Positions 30,352 through 38,018 of a DNA stretch of 64,000 bases are shown here, piece by piece. A model generated the notes under the pieces. The model worked only from the letters and a program-made list of their open reading frames with translations. It was not told the DNA's origin and ran no database searches. This DNA is from an uncultured virus (IMG/VR IMGVR_UViG_3300025126_000736) (lineage: Duplodnaviria; Heunggongvirae; Uroviricota; Caudoviricetes). Position 1 is the first letter of the stretch; every line of letters begins with the position of its first letter. The stretch is from the IMG/VR virus record IMGVR_UViG_3300025126_000736; one strand, 5' to 3'. The translations under genes and the position numbers were made by a program.

Positions 30352-30732
30352 ATGGAAAAATTAATAGGCTATAAGGTGATGACAATGGAAAATAATAACT
30401 TAGTGTCATTAGCTAAAAAAGATGTAAGATTTAAGGCTGAGATAGGAAAAGAAATGTTTATGGATGGAAAGGGTGTTTGGTTAAGCACAAATAAGGATTT
30501 TGTATTAGATTACTATTCGAACGAAAATGAAAAAAACGAAGTTTTATTAACATTGGAATTTGATAAAGACTTTATAACAAGTGGTGAATTAACATTAAAT
30601 GATAGAGAGCCTGTTTTGACGGTACCTATTGTAAAAATATTGGAGATCCACAAAATAGTGGACGGTGAGTTAATTAAATATGATGAAAAAGAAAAATTAA
30701 GTGCAAATAGGAAAATTAAAAATAAAATATAA
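30352..30732 (+). CDS. hypothetical protein with basic C-terminal tail
   Basis: 126 aa, GYKVM...GKGVWLS; ends RKIKNKI. Confidence 0.65.
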   Translation: MEKLIGYKVMTMENNNLVSLAKKDVRFKAEIGKEMFMDGKGVWLSTNKDFVLDYYSNENEKNEVLLTLEFDKDFITSGELTLNDREPVLTVPIVKILEIHKIVDGELIKYDEKEKLSANRKIKNKI

Positions 30733-30741
30733 TTTAAAATT

Positions 30742-30776
30742 AAAAAAAACACCTTAAATTATAAGGTGTTTTTTTT
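30742..30776. terminator. bidirectional intrinsic terminator
   Basis: A-run CACCTTA-loop-TAAGGTG T-run; same stem as 30242. Confidence 0.75.
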
Positions 30777-30805
30777 GGTTAATTAAAAAAGTTTTAGAAC
30801 AATAA

Positions 30806-31066
30806 TCAAGACCATTGAGATGTATCAGTGTCCCAAATGGAACCATTTCCGTCAGGATGTGATAAGTATGGCGTAGACATAAGATTAGTAGAGGAAGCAC
30901 CGTCCATTGCTTCATAATGTGCCATCCACTTATCTAATCCTTTTAATGTAGCAGTAAATCCAACATATTCTTCATCGAAATCACCTCCACCTTCTGAAAA
31001 TCGAGTGACAACAAAAACTTCATCTTCTTTAAATTCTTTACTTGCCTCTAATATTGATTTATCCAT
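30806..31066 (-). CDS. hypothetical protein
   Basis: Track ORF 30806..31117; GAGG RBS favours MDKSIL, overlapping the upstream stop. Confidence 0.55.
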   Translation of the reverse strand: MDKSILEASKEFKEDEVFVVTRFSEGGGDFDEEYVGFTATLKGLDKWMAHYEAMDGASSTNLMSTPYLSHPDGNGSIWDTDTSQWS

Positions 31067-31565
31067 AAACAGCCTCTTGATATTCATTATACGCATTAAT
31101 AAACACTTGGTATTCATTTTTTTCAGATTTTTTTATTTTATTAAGGGTTCCTTTGTTAATGGTGAGAGTTTCGCCTATTGAAAGTCGTATTGTCTGATGG
31201 TTTTTAATGAAGTTTTGGTTAACTGGATCATAAACAATTCCAAGATTGGTACAAGCGTTAACACAATTGATCCCATAGTCAATATAATGTAATCCTGAAA
31301 TTTCAGTGAAATGAACCTTAAGATATTTACTAAGAAGATCTGTTGTGCTAGTTAAATAATCTAAAAGATCTTCATATGAATGGTTTTCGCCACTTTTAAA
31401 ACCACCACAAATATCATCGTAAAGATCAAGATCTGTGCCTAATGGTGCTTGACGTGGGTCAAATGAAGAAGGAATAAGAGCGGCTAATATAATCTTTTTA
31501 TCAATCTCAGTAATAAGATTATTGATTTCTGTTTTTTGTGAAGGTGTCATTTTTTTTGTTCTCAA
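31059..31565 (-). CDS. hypothetical protein
   Basis: 168-aa ORF. Confidence 0.6.
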   Translation of the reverse strand: MRTKKMTPSQKTEINNLITEIDKKIILAALIPSSFDPRQAPLGTDLDLYDDICGGFKSGENHSYEDLLDYLTSTTDLLSKYLKVHFTEISGLHYIDYGINCVNACTNLGIVYDPVNQNFIKNHQTIRLSIGETLTINKGTLNKIKKSEKNEYQVFINAYNEYQEAVYG

Positions 31566-31623
31566 TGGTGTTATTAATGAGTGTTTATTATATCAAAATT
31601 AGAGAATAAAGCAAGTAATTTTT

Positions 31624-31687
31624 AAAACAAAGTGTATCTAAATAAGGATACAAAAAAAACAAAGTGTATTTAAATAAGGATACAAAA
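31624..31687. repeat. 32-bp tandem duplication, each unit containing TGTAT(C/T)-N8-GATACA
   Basis: AAAACAAAGTGTATCTAAATAAGGATACAAAA x2 with one mismatch. Confidence 0.8.
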
Positions 31688-31688
31688 G

Positions 31689-32216
31689 CTAATGATGGTG
31701 CAAAATATTAACTCTTGCATCAAATGCATCTTCAAAAGTTTTAAATGAAAGAGTTTCTGTTTGATCAGAGAAATTGATTGAGAAGGAATATTTTGCATAC
31801 TCTTCACCATTATAGGGAATAAAATAGTCCTCGGTAATTTTTGATATTGTTGTAATGGTTGGAAAATAAAATGTGGTGTCATTGATTGTAATAAAGTTTG
31901 GGTCTAGAATAATAGGTGTGTTTTGAGTAAGAGTGTATTTTTTAAGTAATACATTGTTGATAATATCAGGATTGCACAACGACAAAAAATTATTTACTTT
32001 TTTACTCTCAGCAATCTCAATAACTTGCTGATTATTGAGTAATAAATGTAAGTCGGAGCTATTACATAATTTTCGAATATTAATCTCAGCGATACTATCA
32101 TGATGATTCTTGTTATTATCCTTAAAATCAATATTATTTGACGCAATAGCAAGTGCAGTAACTGCAGTAATAATAAAAATTAAGAGCATAATATTGAATT
32201 TAGTGTTTTTCTGCAT
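31689..32216 (-). CDS. membrane-anchored/secreted hypothetical protein
   Basis: N-terminal hydrophobic helix; AAGGGA RBS. Confidence 0.6.
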   Translation of the reverse strand: MQKNTKFNIMLLIFIITAVTALAIASNNIDFKDNNKNHHDSIAEINIRKLCNSSDLHLLLNNQQVIEIAESKKVNNFLSLCNPDIINNVLLKKYTLTQNTPIILDPNFITINDTTFYFPTITTISKITEDYFIPYNGEEYAKYSFSINFSDQTETLSFKTFEDAFDARVNILHHH

Positions 32217-32270
32217 AATGGAATGTCCCTTATTTAATAATAAAATTTATTATAATGGAATCAGTGCAAA

Positions 32271-32330
32271 AAGTAAACAAAAAAACCTCTTAATAAGATG
32301 TTTTTTTTGTAAAATGAAATATAATTTAAA
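32271..32330. repeat. approx. 60-bp intergenic module, copy 1
   Basis: AAGTAAACAAAAAAACCTCTTAATAAGATGTTTTT...AAATATAATT, repeated at 33181. Confidence 0.75.
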
Positions 32331-32403
32331 AAAATCTCATATCCAATTAGCGATAATTGGGAAAAGATAAATAAAAAGTAATATAAAGATTTTTCTAAAC
32401 ATA

Positions 32404-33144
32404 TTAATAAGCTCCGTAAATATAACCTTTATTATTTTTAACTTTAATTATTTCTGCAATACCTCTATAGCTGAAAACCCCCTCTACATAATTAGAAGAT
32501 AAAAACTTTGTTAGCCTTAAGTATCCTTTTGCACCATTATGGCAATAAATATATGACCAAGAATCATGGTATTCTATTTTACAATTGCTGTAAGACATAA
32601 AATCCTCTTGATTAGCTCTAAGCATTTTAAATTCTTTAACCTTACCAGATTTAAATCCTTCAACCATTAAGTCAAAATCTAGTTCTATAGGATACGAATG
32701 TGTTATTTTAAGATCATTCTTGGCTTGAGGAGTTTCAGAGATGTTCCATCCAACAGTATCTTCGTCAATAATACTGTAAGGAATAATTTCTTTTTTATCT
32801 TCATCAGTATATTCGAAAGTATGATTAGCTAATTCAGATTCTCTTTTTTTCTTTTGGAAATCTTCAATGTATTTTCTTTTGCGTTCTTCCATAAAAGAAG
32901 CAATTTCTTTATCTTTCTTTTCTTTGTCTATCTGCTTTTGAGTATCTTTTTCTAATACTGATGGATTGGATGATTCAGTAGTGGGTTTATTTTGTTCAAT
33001 ATGGACAGTATCGTTGGATACTAAATTAGAATTATCTTTTTCATTAATATAATAATTGTAAAGTAAAATAGAGGATGCTCCCGCTATTAAACCTATTAAT
33101 GAAGGTGTCAAAGTTTTTTTATTCAAAAAAATCTCCTTTTTCAA
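32404..33144 (-). CDS. membrane-anchored hypothetical protein
   Basis: N-terminal TM segment followed by a charged linker. Confidence 0.6.
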   Translation of the reverse strand: MKKEIFLNKKTLTPSLIGLIAGASSILLYNYYINEKDNSNLVSNDTVHIEQNKPTTESSNPSVLEKDTQKQIDKEKKDKEIASFMEERKRKYIEDFQKKKRESELANHTFEYTDEDKKEIIPYSIIDEDTVGWNISETPQAKNDLKITHSYPIELDFDLMVEGFKSGKVKEFKMLRANQEDFMSYSNCKIEYHDSWSYIYCHNGAKGYLRLTKFLSSNYVEGVFSYRGIAEIIKVKNNKGYIYGAY

Positions 33145-33180
33145 TGAAAGTTAGTTAATAGTATGTGCTAAATAGTGGGA

Positions 33181-33240
33181 AAGTAAACAAAAAAAACCTC
33201 TTAATGAGATGTTTTTGTTGTAAGATTAAATATAATTAAA
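33181..33240. repeat. approx. 60-bp intergenic module, copy 2
   Basis: Direct repeat of 32271..32330. Confidence 0.75.
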
Positions 33241-33649
33241 AAACCTCATATCCAGAGACATTAATTGCCATTTTAGCCTGTTCTTCTGAATCTGCATGTT
33301 CTGTAAAAGATAATCCATTAAAGATATACGCTTGATCACCATTATCGAAAAAAGAATCATTTATGGCTTCTCCTTCAATTGCCTCATAGTAATAGGCAAA
33401 AACGCAAAACGTATTAAAATCTTCTCCTGTGCTCTCATCAATTTCCTCCATAAAGGAATCAGAAGATTCAGTGGAGTGCTTAATTACTTCTAAGCTTCGA
33501 TCTTTATTTTTAAATGTAGAGAAGAAAGATTTTACTGAATCAGGTGCTTTGGAAAGATTTAAAACATAAATTATGTCAGGATAAGAAAATAATGAACATT
33601 CTGAAAGTAAGATGTCATAACTAACCTCATTCCAATTATTTTTAGACAT
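33236..33649 (-). CDS. acidic hypothetical protein (possibly N-terminally truncated by a premature TAA)
   Basis: 137-aa ORF; the upstream in-frame reading is MKKAIYREV*KIKDYPKEVINF-MSKNN. Confidence 0.55.
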   Translation of the reverse strand: MSKNNWNEVSYDILLSECSLFSYPDIIYVLNLSKAPDSVKSFFSTFKNKDRSLEVIKHSTESSDSFMEEIDESTGEDFNTFCVFAYYYEAIEGEAINDSFFDNGDQAYIFNGLSFTEHADSEEQAKMAINVSGYEVF

Positions 33650-33840
33650 GAAATTAATAACTTCTTTTGGGTAGTCTTTGATTTTTTAAACTTCACGGTA
33701 AATAGCTTTTTTCATAATTTTAAAGAGATGTTCAGTCTCAAATCCTTAATTAGTATTAATGTTAGTGGGTTACATTTATAATTAAAAAAAAGGCATTAAT
33801 GATATTAATGCCTTAAATTTAAAAGTACAATTATATGTAA

Positions 33841-34206
33841 TTAAACTTCAGTTTCGTCCAAGTCTAATTCAACACTAGCATATCGAATGGTTTCAGCACC
33901 TTTATTATTTTGCTTACCTTTGATTTTTCGCATTTGTTTTAATACGATTTGTGCCGCTTCTTCGATAGTTTTGTACATTTCGTCACCTGTGTGAGAAACA
34001 TGAATGTCGTTGCCAGCAATAGGTACGTGGGCTTTAACTTCTGCTTTGCCTGTTGACTGTGTTGAGTGATCAATAACTGTGACGATAATATCTTCTACTA
34101 CAAAATTTTCAAAATTATCTAAAACGCTTAAGAAATGCTCGTTAATTGAAGAGTTAATCGCGTCTGTCATTGTCATGTTGATTGCTTTTGAAGTGATTTT
34201 TGTCAT
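33841..34206 (-). CDS. hpf: ribosome hibernation promoting factor / RaiA (S30AE family)
   Basis: ITSKAINMTMTDAI...AEVKAHVPIAGNDIHVS...DEMYKTIEEAAQIVLKQMRKIKGK; AGGAG RBS. Confidence 0.8.
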   Translation of the reverse strand: MTKITSKAINMTMTDAINSSINEHFLSVLDNFENFVVEDIIVTVIDHSTQSTGKAEVKAHVPIAGNDIHVSHTGDEMYKTIEEAAQIVLKQMRKIKGKQNNKGAETIRYASVELDLDETEV

Positions 34207-34438
34207 ATGTGTCTCCTGACTGTTTATTTTACTAAACTTTGATTGTAAAGCTTAGTTCGTTTGCATGAATAGCTTCTCTATTCAATATGGCTATAATATA
34301 CTAATAAAAGATAGAAATCAAGTCATATCAGTAGAAATACAGAAAAAGTAGTATAAGAAAAGCTTTTGTATTAATGGAAAATATGCTGAAAATTAGTTAT
34401 TTCTAATAATTATTTTAAAACATTAATAAGTGTTAATA

Positions 34439-34894
34439 TTAAAAACAACTAACTTTGTTGCTAATGATATTCTGAAACAAAAATCGTTCAAATACAGAAT
34501 AAAAGTAAAAAACAACTACGTTAACTGGATATATTTCATCCTTAATTGCAATCTTGCTAATAAGCTCTGACTTATTTGTAAACATTTCTGTTTTTTTTGG
34601 AAATCCATTGATGAATAAAGTAAAATCTATTTTATTAAAAACGCTGGTAAGTAAAATTTCTAGATTAAAGGAGCTAGATCTCACAATAACAGAAAAAGAA
34701 CGACATCGAGCATTACCATCTCTGGATTGTAAATACTCCATAGTTTTTTTAAAGTTATTTTCTTTCTTATCAATAACGAAAAATATATGTTTAAGAAAAT
34801 TTTCTTCTTTAACGGAAAAGCGATTAAAAAGGAAACTAAATTCGTCCATAATTAAACTAATATCAGATACGGAAAAATCGTTTTCGTTATCCAT
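34439..34894 (-). CDS. hypothetical protein with KVxxF C-terminus
   Basis: 151-aa ORF coupled to the HNH gene; ends ISNKVSCF*. Confidence 0.6.
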   Translation of the reverse strand: MDNENDFSVSDISLIMDEFSFLFNRFSVKEENFLKHIFFVIDKKENNFKKTMEYLQSRDGNARCRSFSVIVRSSSFNLEILLTSVFNKIDFTLFINGFPKKTEMFTNKSELISKIAIKDEIYPVNVVVFYFYSVFERFLFQNIISNKVSCF

Positions 34895-35357
34895 GAGATT
34901 TTAACTCTCTATATAAGTCATCATCCATATTTTGTTTTTCATAATTACATAAAGTACAGAATGTAATGTAATTGGATAGTTCGTCTTTGCCGCCTTTGGA
35001 TTTTGGAATAATATGATCCTTTGTCATAAGGACTTCCTCACCTGCTTCATTAATGGCGTAGAGGTTGAAGTGATAGCTTTCGCTTGTAGGAACGCCATGT
35101 TTGTTGAGGCTTCTCTCCTTCGCCATAAAAGAACCTTTAATGTGGCAGATATCACATGATAAAGATTGCTTAAAAACATAATAGCGATCAGACCCCATTT
35201 TCATTAAATCACCATCATAATCTTTTTTAATGGTTTTTAATTTAAAATATTTTGGGTAATCACTAGGGTTAGGAAGAAAATTGAGAATTTCTTCTGGCTT
35301 ATATGTTTCTTTGCGTTCGTAAGTGTTTCCTACTGGCTTTTTTGTTTTGGTTGGCAT
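34887..35357 (-). CDS. HNH endonuclease
   Basis: CDIC...MTKDHIIPKSKGGKDELSNYITFCTLCNYEK. Confidence 0.85.
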   Translation of the reverse strand: MPTKTKKPVGNTYERKETYKPEEILNFLPNPSDYPKYFKLKTIKKDYDGDLMKMGSDRYYVFKQSLSCDICHIKGSFMAKERSLNKHGVPTSESYHFNLYAINEAGEEVLMTKDHIIPKSKGGKDELSNYITFCTLCNYEKQNMDDDLYRELKSHG

Positions 35358-35449
35358 TGTAGTAAATCCAAGTAAATAAAGTATGTTATAATTATAGAGG
35401 ATTGGATCGTAAAGGTCAAAGAGTATTTTGGAAATTTAACTTTAAGAAA

Positions 35450-35644
35450 TTGACAATTATTAAAAATATTATATATTAATTAGTAAGTGTTGAGAGTTAT
35501 CAATCACCTAAAATAAATAAATGAAAATAAATAATTATAAATCAATAACTTAAAAATAGTTAAAAAAATAGGTAATTCGATTATATAGTTATAATTAATA
35601 TAGTTATTTTAGTAGATAAAGGATTTTTTAAAAAACAATGCAAG
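35450..35644 (+). promoter_or_regulatory. CRISPR leader with sigma70-like promoter and IHF consensus site
   Basis: TTGACA at 35450; AT-rich; AATCAATAACTTA at 35540..35552 matches WATCAANNNNTTR. Confidence 0.7.
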
Positions 35645-37170
35645 GTTTACCGCATACGTGCGGCTTTGAAGGTTTCCACTTTTTCCATTTATATATATTA
35701 CCTTGTTTACCGCATACGTGCGGCTTTGAAGAGAAAGAGCACCAATAATAACTTTGTCGTCTTTGTTTACCGCATACGTGCGGCTTTGAAGAATAGATAA
35801 CTTACTATATAGATTATACATTGGGTTTACCGCATACGTGCGGCTTTGAAGATCTGATGCTATCGCGTTTTTATCACCTGATGCGTTTACCGCATACGTG
35901 CGGCTTTGAAGAACCTTCGTTGTCAGATATTTTAACATAATCTAGTTTACCGCATACGTGCGGCTTTGAAGTTGTTTTTTTTGGTTTATTTTAGACTATA
36001 CATGGTTTACCGCATACGTGCGGCTTTGAAGTTGATCGTTTGGTCTCATATCTAAAACGTTGTCGTTTACCGCATACGTGCGGCTTTGAAGGTCAAGTTA
36101 GAATAAAGTCAATTTCTCACATCTGTTTACCGCATACGTGCGGCTTTGAAGTTTCTTTAAGTTGAAAAGTATTTATTTCAAACAGTTTACCGCATACGTG
36201 CGGCTTTGAAGAATAGATTCCTTTTTCATTAAATAGATCTTCTAGTTTACCGCATACGTGCGGCTTTGAAGTGACTCTGGAATGCCGATTCGTTACGCTC
36301 TTAAGTTTACCGCATACGTGCGGCTTTGAAGATCTTCTGTGCATTTCAACATTGATTCTTCATAGTTTACCGCATACGTGCGGCTTTGAAGTTCATCAAT
36401 AATTCCAACTGTGAAATAATTGTCGTTTACCGCATACGTGCGGCTTTGAAGAACTTTACACAAGCGTAGCGCGGTGAAAGTAGGGTTTACCGCATACGTG
36501 CGGCTTTGAAGTCAATCTGATGGCACTCCTCATTCTCATTTTTTAGTTTACCGCATACGTGCGGCTTTGAAGAATTTATCACGTCCACGTTTTACGCCTT
36601 TGCCGTTTACCGCATACGTGCGGCTTTGAAGTAAAATAGATAGGTTAATGCCCTTCTTTATCTTGTTTACCGCATACGTGCGGCTTTGAAGATAAAATCC
36701 ATTTTGCAAAATATCTAAATCAGCGTTTACCGCATACGTGCGGCTTTGAAGAGTATTAGCAGGCGTATAAATAATTAATTTGTCGTTTACCGCATACGTG
36801 CGGCTTTGAAGTTGCAATATGACTATAATTTATTAAAAAAAAGGTTTACCGCATACGTGCGGCTTTGAAGTATGAGTGAAGATCAATTTAGTTATTTTGA
36901 TAAGTTTACCGCATACGTGCGGCTTTGAAGTCTGGTGCTGTTTTAAGAGATATAATTCAATGTGTTTACCGCATACGTGCGGCTTTGAAGAAGTGATTCT
37001 TCATCACTAAAAGTGTATGTATTGTTTACCGCATACGTGCGGCTTTGAAGAAATCCAAATCCTATAGACTCTTGAATGTCAAAGTTTACCGCATACGTGC
37101 GGCTTTGAAGTCTTATATTTAAAGCCTCCTCTTGTTATTGCTTGTTTACCGCATACGTGCGGCTTTGAAG
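35645..37170 (+). CRISPR. CRISPR array, 26 identical 27-nt repeats GTTTACCGCATACGTGCGGCTTTGAAG and 25 spacers (mostly 33 nt)
   Basis: Direct 60-nt periodicity; CCGCA-TACG-TGCGG hairpin followed by 8-nt handle CTTTGAAG (type I-F-like). Confidence 0.99.
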
Positions 37171-37320
37171 TGAAATGAAGGTATTGGAAGAATTCTGATT
37201 ATGAAACATATCTAAGTTGTGCGTTGGATTGTATTTTAATGATGGAAAGTCTTGATAAAGAAAAAAGAAGAAAATTGAAAAAAATATTTTTAATGAATTA
37301 TTTAAATGGAGAATAGAGAA

Positions 37321-37623
37321 ATGAAAACAAAAATAATAGTAGACAAAGATTGTAAACTTAAAAGACCGTTACTTGAAGAAGAAGGTAAAAGGACTGGGTA
37401 TAGCATTCAGTTATTAGATATTAATAATATACTGCCTGTTAGTATCAGAATGACGCAAAATATAGTATTACACAATGTTGAAATTTTTAAAAATTTTGGC
37501 GTTTACAAAAATTTAAAGGGTGAAAGAATGCGATATTATGTTTATGAAAATAAGATTGACTTATTTGTAGAAGAATTAAAAAAACACAAATATACGCATT
37601 TGAATAAATGGGGGCTAAAATAA
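37321..37623 (+). CDS. small basic hypothetical protein encoded inside the CRISPR array
   Basis: Track ORF 37306..37623; GGAG RBS 9 nt before ATG 37321; lies between repeats 26 and 27. Confidence 0.6.
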   Translation: MKTKIIVDKDCKLKRPLLEEEGKRTGYSIQLLDINNILPVSIRMTQNIVLHNVEIFKNFGVYKNLKGERMRYYVYENKIDLFVEELKKHKYTHLNKWGLK

Positions 37624-37681
37624 TTATAAAAATATCTTTAAATAAAATGGTATCTCACTTAAGAATGATATCTGAAATTAA

Positions 37682-37828
37682 GTTTACCGCATAAGTGCGG
37701 CTTTGAAGAGTGATGTCAGCACTTGCGAATACCGCTTGGGCGTTTACCGCATACGTGCGGCTTTGAAGTTTTGTCGTAGACGAAAGCCGACACAATAACC
37801 AGTTTACCGCATAAGTGCGGATTTAAGG
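37682..37828 (+). CRISPR. distal CRISPR segment: 3 repeats (variant, consensus, degenerate terminal) and 2 spacers of 33 nt
   Basis: Repeats at 37682 (ATAAGTG variant), 37742 and 37802 (GTTTACCGCATAAGTGCGGATTTAAGG). Confidence 0.95.
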
Positions 37829-37925
37829 TTGTATTTAAAAAAAATATATAGTCGTGCAAAGGTATTTATGTAACAATTTAAATTTAAATTATTTTTATGC
37901 AATAAAAAATAAACAATAGAAAAAG

Positions 37926-37955
37926 TTGACTTTATGTTTTATGCTGATATAAACT
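37926..37955 (+). promoter_or_regulatory. putative cas operon promoter
   Basis: TTGACT at 37926 followed by a TATAAA/TAAACT -10 candidate. Confidence 0.5.
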
Positions 37956-38018
37956 AATTATATAAAAGAAGTTTTTAAGAAAAATAAATCATTGTATTGT
38001 ATAAGGAAAGACAACGTA

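Noticed and set aside
2708..33715. Possible stop-codon reassignment suggested by in-frame TAA codons at 2708..2926 and near 33686
   Set aside because: Most intact genes end in TAA and long genes translate cleanly in the standard code; local pseudogenisation is simpler.
34887..35357. HNH gene as a component of the CRISPR system
   Set aside because: Divergently transcribed, coupled to an unrelated gene and of a common free-standing phage type; adjacency alone is insufficient.
35609..36817. Minus-strand ORFs 35609..35938, 36117..36344 and 36548..36817 with LQSRTYAVN / SKPHVCGK repeats
   Set aside because: They are translations of CRISPR repeat-spacer units (60-nt period), not genes.
36991..37023. 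Spacer 23 (NTYTFSDEESL antisense) resembles the FSDEDS-coding stretch of the nucleotidyltransferase near 2290..2315
   Set aside because: Only a short partial match with several mismatches; not credible self-targeting.
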